A stretch of DNA of 64,000 nucleotides. Source: Myxococcota bacterium (GTDB lineage: Bacteria > Myxococcota_A > UBA796 > GCA-2862545). Location of the stretch: contig JBCCQY010000027.1 in the NCBI GenBank assembly GCA_039208735.1, forward strand, positions 1 through 64,000. Direction: 5' to 3'. This document shows, in pieces, positions 60,545 to 64,000 of the stretch. The notes below the pieces were generated by a model. That model was not told the origin of the DNA. It saw nothing but the letters and a program-made list of their open reading frames with translations, and ran no database searches. How positions within the stretch are numbered: position 1 is the first letter of the stretch; each line of letters starts with the position of its first letter. Position numbers and translations under genes: made by a program.

Positions 60545-60569
60545 GGGGGCTCGCCCGGTCGCAGCAGCG

Positions 60570-62176
60570 CTACGGTCCGTTTCCCGTGATGGTCACGTGG
60601 TTGACGGAGGTGAGGTCGTCGACGAAATCCAACAAGTAGTCGTCGCCTAGTCCCCGGTTAAAGGTCGCCGTAAAGTTGCCCACCACCTGAAGCGAACTCA
60701 TGGAATCGATCGAGGTCAGTCCGCTGTTACGGACGAGAATCAGCTCGTCGATCTCTTCCACGGTCTCGAGGCCATCGAGTTTCACCAAGGCCCCGCAGTC
60801 CTCGATCTCGAGTCGATCGAGTTCAGTGAGGGTTTGAGGTCCTAAGAGACTGTCCAAACCCTCATTGTCTCGCAAGATCATGTTGTTGCAGGTCTGCGGA
60901 GCAAAGGAACCAAACTCCTTGAGGAAGCCGCTATTCGTGACGGTTATGGAGCCAACATCGGCCAAGTTGCTAAACGAATTGAGCGACGTCAATCCTACGT
61001 CGTCAAGCTCCAATTCATCGATTTGAGTCAGTCCGAGAAAGCCCTCGGCCAAGACCAGCCGAGGAACCCGGACCAGTTCAAGCTCACTCATCGACTGGAC
61101 ATTCGCAAACGCCTCGATTTCATAGAGAAGAGGTAGCCACGTTACACGGACCACATCTACCGAAGTCAGGGAATCAAAGCCCGAAATTCTGACCAAATCG
61201 GAACTCGAGTCAAAGGTGATAAGCGAGGCCTCGATCAAGCCTGAAAGGGCGTCGAAGCTATAGAAGCCCTCGAACCGAGAAATTCGGACATCCCTGGCTC
61301 TTTCGACCCCGTTCAAGCCGGTCAAATCCAGCGTCTCGTCGAACTCGAAGAGCCTCAAGGGTCCGGTGACCTCGCGAAGGCTGGCAAAGCCATTCAGACT
61401 GGCCAGCCCACTCCCGTAGATGGTTAGGGTCTCGACGGTATGCAGAGTCGTGAACTCGGACATCAAAAGCGGATTGTCCTGGAATCTCGCAAGCTCCACC
61501 TCTTGGACCATCGGGACAAAGGCCGACTTGAGAAGCGGATTCGCCTCGAGACTGAGTTCCGACAGCGATTGTAATTGGGAACCTGAAGCGAAGTGAGCGT
61601 GGCGTTGCCATGCACCTCGAGCCGGCCCTGAATGGAGCGGAGGGTTGGAAGCAGGATCTCCTTCAGTTTTGGATTCGAATCGATCGTGAGATTCCCCTCG
61701 ATTTCGGAGACACAATCGAGCCAAGCCACATCGCTGTCGATCGAGTTCCCCGAAATCGCAACGTCGCCAAAAATAATGATCTCGCAGAACCTGGTGCACA
61801 AATCACTTCCCGCTGTGATCGATGCGAAGCTGCCGACTTGGTCTTGAAGAGTCGGGTCGAAATCATCGCAGTCATCCGCCAACAGAGCCCCATCCCCATC
61901 CGCGTCGAGATCCCTGGTGTCCGGTGAACAGTCGTTGTCGATGCCGTCATAGGGGATCTCGGATTGAGCAGGGTTCACCTCAGGGTCGAGGTCATCACAG
62001 TCCTCGTCGCTCGTAAACCCATCACCATCCAAGTCTTCTGTGAGCATCCTCGGATTGCAATCATCATCGAGATCCGCTTGCGCGGTTTCTTCGCAGCCGT
62101 TGGTGTCTCCACAAGCCATCACCACCGGAACAACACTAGCCATCGCGATCCGAACCCATATCGGGGCTGCCTTCAT
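60570..62176 (-). pseudogene. lipoprotein with MopE-type metal-binding repeats and receptor-L/LRR-like solenoid, frameshifted at ~61575
   Basis: DLDGDGF..DCDD.DP.VNP...EIPYDGIDNDC; the L-domain repeats continue across a 1-bp shift (LTSLQVP|LQSLSELSLEANP). Confidence 0.8.
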
Positions 62177-62372
62177 AGCGCACGCTCCAACCTCAACCCG
62201 TTCACCATACATGCAAATCTGACCGGAACCAGCAGGACGGTCGCCCGGGGGCGCCTCTGGCGGCGCAGCACTTGGGCGGCCATGGAGCGCACCCTGCTCT
62301 CGCACATGGAGCGTGGATTTCCTGGAACCGATTTCGTCTGCGGTAGTCTGCCCACGCACTCAGGAGACTCTC

Positions 62373-62600
62373 ATGACCCGCAATGTCCTTGCCTTGTCGC
62401 TCTTCGCCCTTAGCGCCGCAATCGTGTATGCGTCCACGCCTCAAGCTACCGCCCAGACAACCGCTGCGCCCGAATGCAAGAAGCTTGGAAACACCACGAA
62501 TGCCAAGCTCGAAAAGTGGATTGCCGAGCAGACGGCAGCGGGTCGCTCGCAGGTGATTTCTATCCCGAACGTCAACAACACGTTCCTCTGCGCCTGGTAG
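62373..62600 (+). CDS. small secreted protein with two Cys
   Basis: AGGAG RBS; signal peptide MTRNVLALSLFALSAAIVYA; ends LCAW. Confidence 0.7.
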   Translation: MTRNVLALSLFALSAAIVYASTPQATAQTTAAPECKKLGNTTNAKLEKWIAEQTAAGRSQVISIPNVNNTFLCAW

Positions 62601-62851
62601 GTCAACGACCGTTCACATTGGAAGCGAGGCACGCTTGCCGGAGACGCACCGACGAGGATACCTGCGGCCGTGCGCGACGCCCATCTCACCGCTTGGAGTC
62701 CGACGGCCACGGCCATCACGGTCGCGCCTCCCTTCGCCCCCGTCGAGGGCCACACGAGCTTCGCGTGGACGGTGCTGCCTGGGAGATCGATCGCAAACGG
62801 CACTTCCACGGAGGGCCGCTACGTACGGGTTGGTGCGTCCGAGGCGTTGCC

Positions 62852-63517
62852 GTGACACCAGGGCCCGTGTCGGCTGATGAACAGCGGTTTCTCGATGCCA
62901 TCGAGAGGGCCCCCTCCGCGAACGAACCACGGTACGTCTACGCCGATTGGCTCTCGGAGCGGGGACGACCCTTGGGTGAACTCATCTGGCTGCAGTGCGA
63001 GTTGTCATCGCTGTCGGCACGATCTGAGTTTGGGCCACGCACCGATGAGCTTCGGGCGGCGGAAACCCAGTGGCTCGCGCGACATGGTCGGCAGGTGTTT
63101 GGCCGCTTCGTCGAACCGAGAATCCGCCTTCGTTTCGACCGAGGCTTCGTCGTAGGCTTCAACCAGGATGGGCTATTCGTGAGTGAGCCTCAACACGGCA
63201 CCCGCCGTGGGTTGAGGTTTTCTGCGACCGGACGGGTCGCCCGGACGACCTTCGAGAGCCGGGCGCCCTTGTTTGCCGAACGGATTGCGCGGTGGATGGC
63301 GCCCGGGCACGCTCAAACGACTGTCTATGCCTACGAACTCGACGGCCTTCGCCCACGTGTCGAGGGATGGCCGATGCGCCTCCGGTGGAAACGGGGCTTG
63401 GTCTACCGAGGGCTTTGGCAGGGCATCACGCTCCAGATGAACTGGAGACACCAGGCGAGGCTTGAGTTGCTGTCCGCAGACGATCGTGAGCCCCTTTGGG
63501 CTCCGGATTGGCCATGA
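62852..63517 (+). CDS. TIGR02996 domain protein
   Basis: FLDAIERAP....RYVYADWLSERG.PLGELI.LQC...RGFV. Confidence 0.82.
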   Translation: MTPGPVSADEQRFLDAIERAPSANEPRYVYADWLSERGRPLGELIWLQCELSSLSARSEFGPRTDELRAAETQWLARHGRQVFGRFVEPRIRLRFDRGFVVGFNQDGLFVSEPQHGTRRGLRFSATGRVARTTFESRAPLFAERIARWMAPGHAQTTVYAYELDGLRPRVEGWPMRLRWKRGLVYRGLWQGITLQMNWRHQARLELLSADDREPLWAPDWP

Positions 63518-63572
63518 ATGACGCATCCGTGAAGCCAGACCCGCAATAGCGTAGGGGGACCGAGGAGGACCA

Positions 63573-64000
63573 ATGGTCGGATGGTGGCTGGCATTTGTTT
63601 CAATGGCCCAAGACTACGCCAGCGAGGCGAAGGAACGTATGGACCTCGAGTTCGACGTGGACGATCTCGAAGAGGTGCTCGCCGTGGAGGTGACCAACCA
63701 ACCAACCGCGGTACCTCGAGCCCCCTTGCCCCTGGCCCCAAACTCGGAACTGCAAGACATTACGGTGTTTCTGGATCATGCGCGAGTGACGCGCACCCAG
63801 CGACTCACCCTTGCGGCAGGGCGACACACGGTGCGCTTCGAAGGGCTTCCTCTTGCGTTGAGGCCCGAAGGTATCGATGCGCGAATCATCGACGGCTTCG
63901 GCCGAGTCGCCTCGGTGGAACTGCTGTCCGGGCAGGGAGACGTCGAGTCCACCGGGGCGATTACCCAAGTTCGCGATGATGCGAAGGAACTCGCCCGAAA
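63573..64000 (+). CDS. DUF4140/DUF4139 (MuiA-like) protein, partial
   Basis: Not in the ORF track. GAGGAGG RBS; manual translation gives SELQDITVFLDHARVTR..LTLAAGRHTVRFEGLP; open to the window end. Confidence 0.8.
   Translation, partial: MVGWWLAFVSMAQDYASEAKERMDLEFDVDDLEEVLAVEVTNQPTAVPRAPLPLAPNSELQDITVFLDHARVTRTQRLTLAAGRHTVRFEGLPLALRPEGIDARIIDGFGRVASVELLSGQGDVESTGAITQVRDDAKELAR

Overview
A GC-rich bacterial window. The many lipoproteins, STAND-type regulators, a Ser/Thr kinase-ATPase, and MopE-type and TIGR02996 proteins suggest a Myxococcota-like genome (inference). Main content, left to right: (1) a partial LonC-type protease; (2) MalT-like and winged-helix/ATPase/TPR regulators; (3) a DUF4157 (eCIS-associated) polymorphic toxin with a possible glycosyltransferase-like C-terminus and a candidate immunity gene, divergent from two tandem paralogues and a SAM-methyltransferase-TPR gene; (4) an IS630 element with imperfect TIRs, CTAG ends and a passenger ORF; (5) an apparently foreign block (~27-44 kb) holding sigma54/LuxR/kinase regulators and an 8-gene isoprenoid operon (polyprenyl synthase, three hypotheticals, CrtC/AttH-like enzyme, SCP2, HpnE-like flavoprotein, one more hypothetical) with no head-to-head condensing enzyme; (6) a cobalamin riboswitch in front of an unknown (DADT)n lipoprotein, converging on a BtuB-like receptor/beta-propeller pair; (7) pyrC, a THUMP methyltransferase, a PadR locus with a recognisable repeated operator, and pdxR (nonsense-interrupted)-pdxS-pdxT. 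The best candidates for undescribed systems are the isoprenoid operon and the DUF4157 toxin locus. No rRNA, tRNA or CRISPR array was seen. All family calls come from motif recognition by eye, not from database searches.
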